From contig CAWCKJ010000003.1 of the NCBI GenBank assembly GCA_963796105.1, positions 376,353 to 440,352 on the forward strand: a DNA stretch of 64,000 bases, written 5' to 3'. The notes under the pieces are model-generated. The model was not told where the DNA came from and searched no databases. It worked only from the letters and a program-made list of their open reading frames with translations. Both the position numbers and the translations under genes were made by a program. Source of the stretch: a candidate division FCPU426 bacterium (GTDB lineage Bacteria > Oederibacteriota > Muellerivitia > Muellerivitales > Muellerivitaceae). Positions 11,831-22,246 of the stretch are shown in pieces (positions within the stretch are counted from its first letter, which is position 1; the number at the start of each line of letters is the position of its first letter).

Positions 11831-12448
11831 TTATAAGGCCGGATCGGATCTGCCAGTCCGAATTTTCGCTAATAACGGATCTAAGGAAGACCTTGTTCTT
11901 GGTCCCATGACAGCATGCGGGAAAACACCAGGCTGGTTCTTCAAGGCTTGTTTTTCTTCCGGGGAGGCTTTGGTCCCTTGGTCTTCCCATTTCACCGGAA
12001 TTTTCGGGAGAAGGGAAGACGCTGGACTCACAGCCTGGCTGGGAGGGGGCGGGACCATCGGGGCCTGACTTCCCGGATTCCGCCTGCAAATGGCGCAGAT
12101 GCAAAAAGCCTCGTTCCGTTTTTTGACGTTGTTCGCGTAGTCCCTGATTAAATAGCCCTGTTTTGAGGCTTTTTGTATCAAGGTCTTGAAGCCGGGGATC
12201 TGCCTCAAGTGAAGCAGGGCTTGGTCCACGTTGTTGATGCCGACCGCGTTTTCCCACAAGGCCAGCAAATCGGCCCGGGTGACCGGCACTCCCTGCCTCT
12301 CGAGCAGGCAATTCAAGATGTTACGGCTCATTTCATTGATGTCGGAAACGGCCCCATCGATGAACAAGTGGCTTTCTTTCCTGGGCATTTCAACGTACAC
12401 GAAACAGCAGCATTTGGTTTCAGGGTTATTGATCTCATAAACGGGCAT
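11831..12448 (-). CDS. Stand-alone OmpR/PhoB-type winged-helix (trans_reg_C-like) DNA-binding protein without receiver domain
   Basis: Residues ~40-105 (ILNCLLERQGVPVTRADLLALWENAVGINNVDQALLHLRQIPGFKTLIQKASKQGYLIRDY) follow the trans_reg_C pattern (LL..W......VD..I.RLR.K...I.TVRG.GY.L). The C-terminus is Pro-rich. An alternative overlapping frame (11802..12311) was judged less likely. Confidence 0.4.
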   Translation of the reverse strand: MPVYEINNPETKCCCFVYVEMPRKESHLFIDGAVSDINEMSRNILNCLLERQGVPVTRADLLALWENAVGINNVDQALLHLRQIPGFKTLIQKASKQGYLIRDYANNVKKRNEAFCICAICRRNPGSQAPMVPPPPSQAVSPASSLLPKIPVKWEDQGTKASPEEKQALKNQPGVFPHAVMGPRTRSSLDPLLAKIRTGRSDPAL

Positions 12449-12695
12449 GGCACAGCTCCGTTAACGGCATGGGTCGCGGGAAAATTTCCGGCGGAGAGAA
12501 GGTCCTTCGAACCGCAGGCACGGGATCAAAAGCGGGGTGAAAACAATTCATTAAATGGATTATACCTCTTCCGGTTCATTTTGGCTTCCGGCAGACGTTG
12601 AAAACCCGCTTAAAAATAACTGAGTGATAACTTAACGGGAACTTAAAACATTATTCAGTTTATATTCAGGACGCGCCGTTACTTTTCGTGGCCTA

Positions 12696-13664
12696 ATGGA
12701 TTCCAGAAAAGATCCCTGGAGGAAAAACATGGCTGAGACAAACAATGAGATCAGCATCAAGCCGGAGGCCACCTTCGCGAAGCTGGCCGCCATTTTGGAG
12801 GCGGCATATGACTTGGGCATTTTACTGCGCCGGCCGGTCGGCGTGGAGGAGGCTGCGCTTTACTTCGCCAGGATGCGGGAGGCCGAGTTTTGGAATATCA
12901 AGGCCCAAAATGACCACGAGGAGCAAATGAAAGAGGTGGGCATATATTTATACGGGGAGAACACAAGGCTCAAAACCGATATCGGCCAGCTCCGCGCCGA
13001 GCGGGAATGGACCGCGAAATACGCCGAGGCCTTCCGCCGGTACCGGGAAAGCCCGGGGCGCAACGGCTTCGTATTCATCGCCAAGCATATCGTCAACAAT
13101 TACGGTTTACATATGAGGCCCTCCCACGAGGTCTCGGAAGCGGTGAACAACTTTTTTTGCAACGTGTTCGTGAACCATGAGCGGGTCCAGGACCTGTTGT
13201 TGAGGGATTTCATCCTTTCCCTGACCCCCGACGAGCAGGCCTTCATCCAGGAGCTCATGCCGGATTCGGACATCGTGAACCTCTCCGCCCTGGCCGCCAT
13301 CCGGATCGCCAGGGCCAAGGACCCCGGGGTGGATCAGTTGCGGAAGGACCGTGAATTGAAGCTGATGGGCTCCATCACCATGAAATACCGGGACTATCAC
13401 CAGGGGGAAATCCCGGAAAACGTGACTGAAATGAGGGACTACGACCTCGTCATCAAGGATGAATTCGGCACCAAACGGCCTTACATGGAGCTTTCCTTCC
13501 GGAAACACAAGGGCGGAGGCACAGTCCTGCAGGATCTCATATCATTGGTGGCCACTCCGGGAAACATCCTTCGATTCGTCTTTTACGGTCAGGACAAGGA
13601 CGCGGCATGTTCCAAGATTCTATATATCCTCGGTAAACGCTACGATGGCCGATCGGATCAGTGA
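12696..13664 (+). CDS. Hypothetical protein with an internal HPr-like segment (GLHMRPS motif)
   Basis: 322 aa. Residues ~135-190 (IVNNYGLHMRPSHEVSEAVNNFFCNVFVNHERVQDLLLRDFILSL) mirror the HPr His15 region (GLHARPA...V.V..NG..V..KS...SLG). The rest has no recognised family. Confidence 0.45.
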   Translation: MDSRKDPWRKNMAETNNEISIKPEATFAKLAAILEAAYDLGILLRRPVGVEEAALYFARMREAEFWNIKAQNDHEEQMKEVGIYLYGENTRLKTDIGQLRAEREWTAKYAEAFRRYRESPGRNGFVFIAKHIVNNYGLHMRPSHEVSEAVNNFFCNVFVNHERVQDLLLRDFILSLTPDEQAFIQELMPDSDIVNLSALAAIRIARAKDPGVDQLRKDRELKLMGSITMKYRDYHQGEIPENVTEMRDYDLVIKDEFGTKRPYMELSFRKHKGGGTVLQDLISLVATPGNILRFVFYGQDKDAACSKILYILGKRYDGRSDQ

Positions 13665-13684
13665 GCTGAGGTATACTTCTTTCC

Positions 13685-14077
13685 ATGAAAGTCATTAAAA
13701 TCCACTCCAGCAAGCGCGAGCAGGTCCTGGATATCACTCCCCAGGTCAAGGAGTTCGCGGCCCAAAACGGGCAAAAGTCCGGGCTGATCGCGGTCTATTG
13801 CCCCCACACCACCGCCGCGGTGACGGTCAATGAGAACGCCGATCCGGATGTGAAAACGGATCTTCTTTATCACCTGAAGAAAACCATCCCCCAATCACCG
13901 GAGTTCCAGCATTCCGAGGACAACTCGGACGCCCACATCAAGGCGGTCTTAAGCGGTTTATCGCAGGTTTTTATCGTGGAGGAGGGCAAGTTGATGCTGG
14001 GCCAGTGGCAGGGGGTTTATTTCCTGGAGTTCGACGGCCCCCGTGAGCGCGAGGTGTGGTTGAAATTTATTTCGTGA
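13685..14077 (+). CDS. yjbQ: YjbQ/UPF0047 family protein (secondary thiamine-phosphate synthase enzyme family)
   Basis: 130 aa. CPHTTAAVTVNENADPDV, DNSDAHIKAVLSG and GQWQGVYFLEFDGPREREV match UPF0047 conserved blocks. Confidence 0.85.
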   Translation: MKVIKIHSSKREQVLDITPQVKEFAAQNGQKSGLIAVYCPHTTAAVTVNENADPDVKTDLLYHLKKTIPQSPEFQHSEDNSDAHIKAVLSGLSQVFIVEEGKLMLGQWQGVYFLEFDGPREREVWLKFIS

Positions 14078-14223
14078 CTCACAACCGCGCGGATAATCCG
14101 CTGTTCGCAACGGCTTGCAAACGCCCATTCAATTGAAACTGGAGAACCCAGCCAAAAAAAAGCCCCCGGCTGAGAAACCGGGAGCTGTCAAAAACCGCGT
14201 TCTAATGGTTTTGAGGTTACCGC

Positions 14224-15483
14224 TTAAAAGCCGAACCCGACTCCCCCTCCCACCTGGGTGTAATCCGCGCTTCCATTGCTGGAGGCACTGATGGTGGCGG
14301 ACCATCCCTCGAATGCCCTTTGATAGGCCACCCCGATCCCTGCCTGCCCGCCCATGACGCCCACCCCCACGGCCAGCCGGTTGTCGCCCCTCTGGCCCAC
14401 CGCCGCCACCGCCGCGTTGGCCGCCGCGGCCACCACCGCGCCGGAGGACTGCGCCTGGGTCTTGGAAAACACCTGGTTCTGTTGGGAAATGGAATTCAAC
14501 TGCCCGACGTTGGCGGCATCCGTGCTGTTGACGCCGTCCGCCACGTTGGTGATTCGGCGCGTTAATCCCGTGCTGGAGTTCCCGACTGAGACCGTGTTGG
14601 TCTGGTTGGCCGCGGAACCGGCCCCCAGGGCGACGCTGTTGGCCCCTGTGGCGGAGCTGTTGGCCCCGATGGCCGTGCTGTTGGCGGCGCCGGCGGCGCT
14701 ATTGCTTCCCACCGCCGTGCTGTTGGCCCCGCCCGCGTTGCTGTTGAAACCGTTGGCGGTGCTGGAAGTCCCGGTGGCGAGGCTTCCCCCACCGGCGGCG
14801 GTGCTGTCATCCCCGCTGGCGGTGCTGGATATCCCGACCGCGACGCTGGAAACCCCGGAGGCGCCGCTGGAGCTTCCAACGGCCGTGCTGTAGTCGCCGC
14901 CGGCGGCGCTGTTAGACCCATTGGCGGTGCTGGAAATCCCGATGGCGTTGCTGTGCATCCCGGTGGCGGTGCTGTTGTCCCCGCTGGCGGAGCTGAGCAA
15001 TCCGGTGGCGGTGCTGTTATCCCCGCCGGCGGTGGAATCCGCCCCGTAAGCGGAGCTGTCGGTTCCTATAGCTTGGCTGTTATATCCATTGGAGGTACTG
15101 GCGATCCCGACCGCGGCGCTTCCCGCCCCCGTGGCGGTGCTTTGCATTTTGCTGGCATAGCTGTTGTAGCCGTTGGCGGTGCTGTCCTCGCCGTTGGCGG
15201 CGCTTCCGACTCCGGCGGCGGTGGAGTTATCCCCGCTAGCGGCGCTGTTTGCCCCAGTGGCGGTGCTGTTCGCCCCGCTCGCGGCGCTGCTTCCCCCGGT
15301 GGCGGTTCCGTAATCACCGCTGGCCGTGGCGGACGCTCCATAGGCGGAGCTGTTGATCCCGCTTGCGGAGGCTCCTGTTCCATTTTGTGTGTCTTGCGCC
15401 CATAACCGCGAGTCTTTTCCCGTCAATCCAATTATGAGGAATAAAACACAGGCTAGGCTGAACAACCTCATCGACGTTTTCAT
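14224..15483 (-). CDS. YadA-like trimeric autotransporter adhesin (Hep_Hag heptad head repeats, neck, C-terminal YadA membrane anchor)
   Basis: Signal peptide. Dozens of xNSxAxG 7-residue repeats (GDNSTATG, GANSTAIG, NSVALGAGS). Neck-like ITNVADGVNSTDAANVGQL. The C-terminal beta-barrel anchor ends in GGGVGFGF. Confidence 0.8.
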   Translation of the reverse strand: MKTSMRLFSLACVLFLIIGLTGKDSRLWAQDTQNGTGASASGINSSAYGASATASGDYGTATGGSSAASGANSTATGANSAASGDNSTAAGVGSAANGEDSTANGYNSYASKMQSTATGAGSAAVGIASTSNGYNSQAIGTDSSAYGADSTAGGDNSTATGLLSSASGDNSTATGMHSNAIGISSTANGSNSAAGGDYSTAVGSSSGASGVSSVAVGISSTASGDDSTAAGGGSLATGTSSTANGFNSNAGGANSTAVGSNSAAGAANSTAIGANSSATGANSVALGAGSAANQTNTVSVGNSSTGLTRRITNVADGVNSTDAANVGQLNSISQQNQVFSKTQAQSSGAVVAAAANAAVAAVGQRGDNRLAVGVGVMGGQAGIGVAYQRAFEGWSATISASSNGSADYTQVGGGVGFGF

Positions 15484-15830
15484 AAACTCTCCTTGATCCG
15501 AAATGGACTTGAAGACATTTAACCACTGGTTTCCATCTTAGTAAACCAGGTCCATGTCCGGGAAAATGCCTGAATCATTTTCCCTTTTAACCTTTTTACA
15601 GGACTCGGGAGAGTACTTATCTGAATTTTTTATGGATGATTGGAATATACCGTTAGATGAGCCTAAACAACCGTTAGGAGGTGATTTCACCAGACTTTAT
15701 TGGGCAGTCGGGCTGTGTAAATAGCTGGGGATTGGGTGTAAACAGTCGTTTTAGGCCTAATTAATCCCCCGCCCTTAAAAGACTGTTAGAATAGAAAAAA
15801 CGAACTCAATTACTTTCCATAGGTGATTTT

Positions 15831-16016
15831 ATGATTTGGATGTCTTTAGCTATCTTGGCTGTGCTTTCCATTTGCTTCTGGCTGTTTAACCTGATTAACA
15901 CGAAAAATACCGATCAGAACTATATCCAAGACCGTAAAAAGTATTTCCCCACCCGTTTGATACTACCATCCAAAGCTCCCGTCCCGGTAAACCCGAAAAT
16001 AAAGGACGTAAAATAA
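15831..16016 (+). CDS. Putative small membrane protein (single TM helix)
   Basis: 61-aa ORF with an AGGTGA Shine-Dalgarno and a hydrophobic N-terminal helix (ILAVLSICFWLFNLI). It sits in an AT-rich islet within GC-rich DNA. Confidence 0.25.
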   Translation: MIWMSLAILAVLSICFWLFNLINTKNTDQNYIQDRKKYFPTRLILPSKAPVPVNPKIKDVK

Positions 16017-16112
16017 GTATCGGGAAATGAAAAATGAATTTTCGAGGAAAATTTATTTCATGAAACTAATATGAAATTCGAGTCGATTGGCTCCCAGATT
16101 GCCTTTTGAATT

Positions 16113-16403
16113 CTACTTATACCTAGTTTTAGCCAATTGAATGGAATCATCTAAAGATTTCCAAGCCGCCTCGACCCCCACCTGCAAATCTCCCCAGGCT
16201 TCCTCGGTGGCTTTGTTTAGGCGGCCCAATTTGTCCTGAAAATCCCTTCGCTTTTCCTTCAAATCATCCACGTGTTTTTGCATTTCCACGCGGGCCGAAG
16301 CCCCAGCCCGGACGGCGTTGGACTGAAGCTTATCCATATCGTTATTCCACTGATCCATGCTGGCTTTCATCTTTTTCACGAAAGCGTCCCTGACTTCCCC
16401 CAT
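16113..16403 (-). CDS. Small coiled-coil hypothetical protein
   Basis: 96 aa, highly charged and helical (MDKLQSNAVRAGASARVEMQKHVDDLKEKRRDFQDKL). No recognised family. Confidence 0.35.
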   Translation of the reverse strand: MGEVRDAFVKKMKASMDQWNNDMDKLQSNAVRAGASARVEMQKHVDDLKEKRRDFQDKLGRLNKATEEAWGDLQVGVEAAWKSLDDSIQLAKTRYK

Positions 16404-16671
16404 GATTGATATCTCCCCTTAATTGGATTTACGGCCAAAGCGATTATAGGAATATTACTTAAAAATAAGTGGGAATTAGGCCCCCCCATTGCCGGCTGGC
16501 TCATGGCGGTTTACGAATTTCCACCAGGTTTTATCGGAGAACCCATTTTAGGCTCTTCCGAAATAGTTAAACCCATTCTATTCTTCTAGGTGAATAATAA
16601 GGCCGGATTCGATATAATTAAATCGTTTTAATTAGTTGTTTTAACACTATCCCCTCGTTTGGAGCCGCCTC

Positions 16672-19600
16672 ATGAAAATCTTCCTAGGAAAGTTTTGTCC
16701 CAAAATGAAACCGCTTTTATCCGGATCCCGTATTAGATACTTTTCTTTCTTTGCCCTCGCTTTATTATTCCTGCGGGTAGGCGGTGCTTTCTCCCCCGCC
16801 TCCGCGAACGTTCTCTTCTCCAACGTCTTCGGTTCCAACATGGTTCTCCAGCAGGGCGTGTCGATTCACGTGTGGGGTACAGCCAACACCGGGGAGGCAG
16901 TCACTGTCTCTTTCGGCGCAACGACCGTGACCGGAGCCGGAGACAATAATGGCAACTGGTCTCTATATCTACCTTCTAATACAGCCAACGCCACCGGCCA
17001 AAACCTTTCCGCGTCGGGCCCCTCTAATTCCCAACCCCTCACCAATGTAGTAATCGGCGACGTCTATCTTTTATCGGGCCAATCCAACATGTGGTACGTT
17101 TGGAGCAACTGCACTGATAGATCAGGAACTGTGACCATAGGGCTTTCGGAGGCCGCTACCGCCACCTTCCCGAACATGCGGATCAGGCACGTCAATTCGG
17201 CGGCTTCGCAAACCCCCGTGGCGGATGTGCCGACGGGCCAATGGTATCAATATATTCCCGGCAATGACGCTAATACTCTCAGTTACACGGGCCTGGGCTA
17301 TTACATCGGCAGGGATATTTCCCAGGCCACCACGAACACCATTCCAATTGGTCTGTTAGAATCGGATTACCCTGGAATGCCACTGGAGATTTTTTTAAGC
17401 ACGGACGCCATCCAGGCTGACCCGATCCTGGCGCCGGCCATTATCACCCCCTCCTCCCCCGCGACCTATACGGCTGAGGTTTACAACGCCATGATCGCGC
17501 CCCTGACGCCCTTCAACATCCGGGCAGTGGTTTGGGACCAGGGCGAGTCCAACGAGGGCGCCCCTTCTTATTTCCCCTCCTACGAATACGATTATCTCCT
17601 GCCGGAACTCATCAAGAACTGGCGCGAGAAATGGAACCAGAATTTTCCCTTCTACATTATCCAGCTCCAGAACATCGCCAACATGAACCCCGCGGTAATC
17701 CCCACTCCCATTCCCACCGGTCTCCCCTGCACCTACTGGAATGGCACGGAACCCTATAGCACCGCTTACAGCGTGGGGATCGCCGATGTGCGTTTTGGGC
17801 AATTCACTACCTTGAAGATGCCATTCACCGGCATGAGCGTGAATTTCGACTTGAACCCCCGCGCGCTCAATTGCGACTCTTCCCTTTCCTACCACCCTCC
17901 CGACAAGCAGGATTTCGCGGCCCGCATCGTGCCCTGGATCCTGCGGGATATTTACGGGCAGTCCCCCCTATCCATGACCGGCCCCCTTTATCAATCCTCC
18001 CAAACCCAGGGTTCCACAATTATCTGCCATTTCACATCCCCCAGCGGCGGGGCTTTTAGCCTTTCCACAAGCGATTCGAATCCCGTCACCGCGTTCCAAA
18101 TCGCCGATTCCAGTAATTCCACGAATTACTATTGGGCCAATGCCGCCATTTCCTCCGACGGGCAAAGTGTTTCGGTTTGGAGCCCCTCGGTAACGACTCC
18201 TATCTCGGCGCGCTATGCCTGGGGCTGGGATCCGGTTGATCCCAACGGCCCCGTGGCCAACCTCTCGGACACCAACGGCTACCTGGCCTCCCCCTACCAA
18301 ACCTATAACTTCTCAAATATGCTCGTGACTGGCAACGGCAGCGCCGCCGTTTCCGACATGAACCTGACGCCATCCACCGGCAACGGGACGGATCTTGGAA
18401 CTTTAGGCTTATGCCAAGCCGTGATTGAAACCTTCACCATCACCAACGACCCAGCCGCCCTCGCGAACCTCAACTTGACCGGCGGCCCCAATTACGTCCG
18501 GATCACCGGCGCTAACGCGGCGGATTTCACGGTCGTTTCACAGCCATCGTCTTCTTCCCTAATACCCGGCGCCAGTGAGATCTTCCAGATCCGGTTCCAA
18601 CCAGGCTCAACAGGCTTACGGCAGGCCATTCTTCAAATTCCCTGCGACACGCCTCAAAAAACCCCCTATACCATCTATATTCAGGCCACAGGCGCGGATA
18701 ATTGCACCGCGACACCGACCTACACCGGCACCTGGTACTCCCCCACTCCCACTAATACGAACACCCCCACCATCACCCCTTCCCCCACCCTTACTCCCTC
18801 CGTGGCGGTAAGCATGATCGACAATTTCGACACGAATACCATCCAACCCGCGTCAAGCCGGCTGAATCTTTGGGGACAACCCTGGGGCGCTTATTCCGGA
18901 AGCGGGGCAACTATAGGGGTCACTTACTTCTCGCCAGGGGACGATGGGACAGCCGATTGCGTCAGCCTTTTCGGGAACGTTCCCGCCAACGGTTATTGCA
19001 ATTACTTGTCCTATCTTTTGAGCAATAAAGCCACCTTCAACGCTTTGACGGCGGGTTACACAGGTATCATATTCGAGGTGAACGACAGTGACGGCAGCCA
19101 AATCCGGGCCCAAGTCATGTCCCAAGCCGTTACTTCCAATGATTATTTCGGCTCCTACTACACGGCGCCCCATACCGGACAATGGTACCCTGTGACGATT
19201 TTATTCTCGCAAATGTCCCAAGCTGGGTGGGGACACGATGTGCTTCCCACTGCGTATAATCCCGCCACGGAAATTACGGGCGTGAAATTCGACATTACCT
19301 CTACAGGTAATTACGCATTTCTCCTGGACCAAGTCGCGTTTTTCGGTCCCTTGCCCACTGCCACGCCCACAGGAACATGGTACACCGCGACTCCCACCGT
19401 CACGGCCACCCCCACCATCACTCCCACCCCGACGGTCTCTCCTACCTTCACCCCGACCGGCTCCGCGACGCCCACAAAAACCAGCACACCCCCGCCGGAC
19501 ACCACTCTTTATAACTTCGAAAACGGCACGGTCATGGGTTGGAGTAACGTTATTCCCTCAACGGACACCACACAAAATTCCTCCACGATGTCCTTTCTGG

Positions 19601-20469
19601 GGAACCACTCCCTGGCGGTAAGCTTGAATTTCCCTTGGACCGCCACCGGCGACAATGAATTCGGGGTAGAACCCCAGGCGAACCTGCTTTCCCCGGTTAC
19701 CAATTTAACCGGAAAAACCTTGATCGCCCACCTCTGGGTGCCGTCCAACTTCCCCGTTTCGCTCCAGGCGGACATTTATTTTAAAAGCGGTGGATCCTGG
19801 GCCTGGCAAACCGGCCCCTCGACGACCCTGGTGCCAAACACCTGGAACACTCTGACTTTGGACCCAACCGTGTCCTTTAACGTGAGCGGTACTCCTGATA
19901 TCACCAATGTGCTGGGGATCGGGATACAGATACTTTATTCCGGGACTTGGACAGGCACGGTTTACATGGACTCCATGGACGTCCTCTACGTTGGAGGATC
20001 GCCCACCCCGACACCCACGGTTTCACCGACCATAACACCCAGTCCAACCTTGACACCCACCCCGTCCCTGACATCCACCCCCACTCTTACACTCAGTCCC
20101 ACGCCCAGCCCGACCAACAGTCCGACCCCCACCAACACCCCTACTCCGTCCCCTACGCCGACCCTGACGCAAACCCCGACACCCACGACGGCCTGTGTGG
20201 CTCCCCTGCTTTACCCGAATCCCGTCAGGGGAGACACGATGCAAATACGCCTGTCTCCATGCTCGATTACCCCCCACGTATCGGTGAAACTTTTCACGGT
20301 TTCATTCCGGAAAGTGATGGACTTGGATGTCAACCCGATTCCATCGGCCGGGAATTTCTCGCTTCCCCTGTTGGATAATTGGAACAAGCCTCTCACGAAC
20401 GGCTTGTATTACCTGGTGATTACCACGCCCCAAGGAAGGACCATCACCAAGATGCTGGTGATACGGTAA
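16672..20469 (+). CDS. Secreted SASA/SGNH-type carbohydrate esterase (sialate O-acetylesterase-like GQSNM motif) with multiple beta-sandwich/ASH-like domains, Thr/Pro linkers and a T9SS-type C-terminal sorting domain
   Basis: 1265 aa. Signal peptide. [10 protein letters not shown] (nucleophile Ser motif). TPT-rich linkers. Final ~80 aa [15 protein letters not shown]...ITKMLVIR matches the Por secretion C-terminal domain pattern. The true start may be the internal Met (MKPLLS...). Confidence 0.7.
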   Translation: MKIFLGKFCPKMKPLLSGSRIRYFSFFALALLFLRVGGAFSPASANVLFSNVFGSNMVLQQGVSIHVWGTANTGEAVTVSFGATTVTGAGDNNGNWSLYLPSNTANATGQNLSASGPSNSQPLTNVVIGDVYLLSGQSNMWYVWSNCTDRSGTVTIGLSEAATATFPNMRIRHVNSAASQTPVADVPTGQWYQYIPGNDANTLSYTGLGYYIGRDISQATTNTIPIGLLESDYPGMPLEIFLSTDAIQADPILAPAIITPSSPATYTAEVYNAMIAPLTPFNIRAVVWDQGESNEGAPSYFPSYEYDYLLPELIKNWREKWNQNFPFYIIQLQNIANMNPAVIPTPIPTGLPCTYWNGTEPYSTAYSVGIADVRFGQFTTLKMPFTGMSVNFDLNPRALNCDSSLSYHPPDKQDFAARIVPWILRDIYGQSPLSMTGPLYQSSQTQGSTIICHFTSPSGGAFSLSTSDSNPVTAFQIADSSNSTNYYWANAAISSDGQSVSVWSPSVTTPISARYAWGWDPVDPNGPVANLSDTNGYLASPYQTYNFSNMLVTGNGSAAVSDMNLTPSTGNGTDLGTLGLCQAVIETFTITNDPAALANLNLTGGPNYVRITGANAADFTVVSQPSSSSLIPGASEIFQIRFQPGSTGLRQAILQIPCDTPQKTPYTIYIQATGADNCTATPTYTGTWYSPTPTNTNTPTITPSPTLTPSVAVSMIDNFDTNTIQPASSRLNLWGQPWGAYSGSGATIGVTYFSPGDDGTADCVSLFGNVPANGYCNYLSYLLSNKATFNALTAGYTGIIFEVNDSDGSQIRAQVMSQAVTSNDYFGSYYTAPHTGQWYPVTILFSQMSQAGWGHDVLPTAYNPATEITGVKFDITSTGNYAFLLDQVAFFGPLPTATPTGTWYTATPTVTATPTITPTPTVSPTFTPTGSATPTKTSTPPPDTTLYNFENGTVMGWSNVIPSTDTTQNSSTMSFLGNHSLAVSLNFPWTATGDNEFGVEPQANLLSPVTNLTGKTLIAHLWVPSNFPVSLQADIYFKSGGSWAWQTGPSTTLVPNTWNTLTLDPTVSFNVSGTPDITNVLGIGIQILYSGTWTGTVYMDSMDVLYVGGSPTPTPTVSPTITPSPTLTPTPSLTSTPTLTLSPTPSPTNSPTPTNTPTPSPTPTLTQTPTPTTACVAPLLYPNPVRGDTMQIRLSPCSITPHVSVKLFTVSFRKVMDLDVNPIPSAGNFSLPLLDNWNKPLTNGLYYLVITTPQGRTITKMLVIR

Positions 20470-20472
20470 AAA

Positions 20473-20508
20473 GCAATTTTAAATTCTCGATTTTGAATTT
20501 TAAATTGC
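20473..20508. terminator. AT-rich 14-bp near-palindrome (gcaattttaaattc-N8-gaattttaaattgc) between convergent genes; possible bidirectional terminator
   Basis: 13 of 14 arm positions pair. It lies 4 nt after the stop of the 16672..20469 gene and before the stop of the convergent SDR gene. Confidence 0.35.
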
Positions 20509-20581
20509 TGGGGATTAACAAGTTACGAAAAACACGGATTATTTCATTTATCTAATGCCGATAAGCCCTATTTGCCATTTC

Positions 20582-21481
20582 TCACTGCCGTTGGGCATTG
20601 TCAGGGTCCAGGGCGTAAGGCGCGACTCCTCCGTTGAAATCCCTTGGCCGTTGGGTAACGACCGGTACCTCGTTGCAGTCCTCGAAGTACTTTCCCCCTA
20701 TTTCCTCCAGAAGCGGCGAACCAGCCAAGAGGACCGAGGTTGCGGCTCCCTGTTGCGGGGTTTTCCGCTTTTCGGGAGGCGTTTTGAGGCCTCCCGTGTA
20801 TCTCTGGAGGTTGGTCGGAATTGCCCCGGGATTCAAGGCGTTGGCGAAAATGCCATCCCCCGCCCACCTTCTGTTCGCCTCCACCGCCAGAAGGACATCC
20901 GCCGTCTTGGACTGCCCATACGCCGCAAAAGGCTCATAGGGCTTGAAGTTGAAGTGGGGATCGTCAAACAGGACTGGCGAGATCAGGTTCGCGCTGGAAC
21001 TTACCGACACGATTCGCGCGCCCTTGGAGGATTTCAAAGCGGGATACAAGCGCGTCGTCAGGGCGAAATGGCCAAGGAAATTGGTCGCAAACTGCTTTTC
21101 CCATCCCTGGGGGGTCCTTTCCAGCGTGGGAATGGCCATAACGCCGGCGTTGTTAACCAGGATGTGGAGCGGACCTTCCCATTGATCCGCGAACTTTCGA
21201 ATGGAATCCAGGTCGAGCAAATCGAGCAGGCGCAGCAAAACTTTCAGGTTCCCTGCAGTATTTTTGATCTCTTCCGCCGCCGATTGCCCAGCCTCGAACC
21301 TTCGGACCGCCAAGGTCACTTCAGCCCCCGCGCTAGCCAGCGCCCGGGCCGTCTCTAACCCGATCCCAGAGGCCCCTCCCGTGACAATGGCTCGCTTACC
21401 GGTGAGATCGACGCCCTGAAGGATGTCGCTGGCAGTCGAATGGAAGCCGAAAGGCGTAGTGATAGGGGGCAATGAAGACAC
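20582..21481 (-). CDS. Short-chain dehydrogenase/reductase (SDR) family oxidoreductase
   Basis: 299 aa with the TGGASGIG Rossmann motif and a catalytic YGQSK (YxxxK) motif. Confidence 0.85.
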   Translation of the reverse strand: MSSLPPITTPFGFHSTASDILQGVDLTGKRAIVTGGASGIGLETARALASAGAEVTLAVRRFEAGQSAAEEIKNTAGNLKVLLRLLDLLDLDSIRKFADQWEGPLHILVNNAGVMAIPTLERTPQGWEKQFATNFLGHFALTTRLYPALKSSKGARIVSVSSSANLISPVLFDDPHFNFKPYEPFAAYGQSKTADVLLAVEANRRWAGDGIFANALNPGAIPTNLQRYTGGLKTPPEKRKTPQQGAATSVLLAGSPLLEEIGGKYFEDCNEVPVVTQRPRDFNGGVAPYALDPDNAQRQ

Positions 21482-21512
21482 TCTTTATAAGAAATTATTC
21501 AGGAGCCTTCAA

Positions 21513-22121
21513 TTAAAAATTAAACGCCAGGAAATTCGCCTTGAGTTCCGGCTGGTTGATGTTCCAGGTGATAGTCTCATCTTCCCCGCGGATGACCGCG
21601 TTATAACGCTGGACCGCCGCGAACTTGGAAGTTTCAGCCTGAGCCAGCTCAAACGCCCCCACATATTCCAACACCAGTCCTACAAGGCCCACCCCGATAC
21701 CCGCGCTCACTTGAGAATCGATTTGACCGTTGCCCGTCTGGAGGTTGTTGTCGGACGCAATCACGCTAAGACCCAGGACTAAAACCCCGATCCCTCCCAC
21801 AAGCAGGGGCACGCCGACATCCCCTGAGCTTTTGGATACGCCCAACAAACGGTTGGCCTCGGCGTCATTCAAGGTGCGAATGAGCTTATCCACGCTCACA
21901 AAATCCTTAAGCTCCTCTTTCGCGTAATAGTACCGGAGGCCTTCCACAGTCGTAAATTTCACGACTATGGCCTTGCGCTTTTTCACGGACTTGGAAACTT
22001 TCGGCAATTTCGGAACCTTGTGAACTTCCGGCGTCGGAATGGGTGTCTGGGCCAGGACTAAGGAATGAATTAAAAACGCTCCCACGAGAACAGCGGCAAG
22101 AGTAAGCGGTCTTTTAAACAT
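21513..22121 (-). CDS. Secreted hypothetical protein
   Basis: 202 aa. Signal peptide (LAAVLVGAFLIHSLVLAQTP). Gly/Val-rich central hydrophobic stretch. No recognised family. Confidence 0.45.
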   Translation of the reverse strand: MFKRPLTLAAVLVGAFLIHSLVLAQTPIPTPEVHKVPKLPKVSKSVKKRKAIVVKFTTVEGLRYYYAKEELKDFVSVDKLIRTLNDAEANRLLGVSKSSGDVGVPLLVGGIGVLVLGLSVIASDNNLQTGNGQIDSQVSAGIGVGLVGLVLEYVGAFELAQAETSKFAAVQRYNAVIRGEDETITWNINQPELKANFLAFNF

Positions 22122-22246
22122 ATTCTTCTTCCTTGAATGTTGCGCTGATAAAAACCTTGAAATAAGCGTCCCGTCCCGGATCGGGGAAAATAAGTAGCCT
22201 ATTTTCGGAAATAAATGGTTCCATAAAACTCCCGATAGTTACAAAT

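Noticed and set aside
14320-15405. Several Ala/Pro/Gly-rich ORFs on both strands overlapping the adhesin gene (14320..14565, 14354..14893, 14562..14921, 14953..15405, 15066..15383)
   Set aside because: They are alternative-frame artefacts of the GC-rich heptad-repeat DNA. Only the frame giving the signal peptide, Hep_Hag repeats and YadA anchor is coherent.
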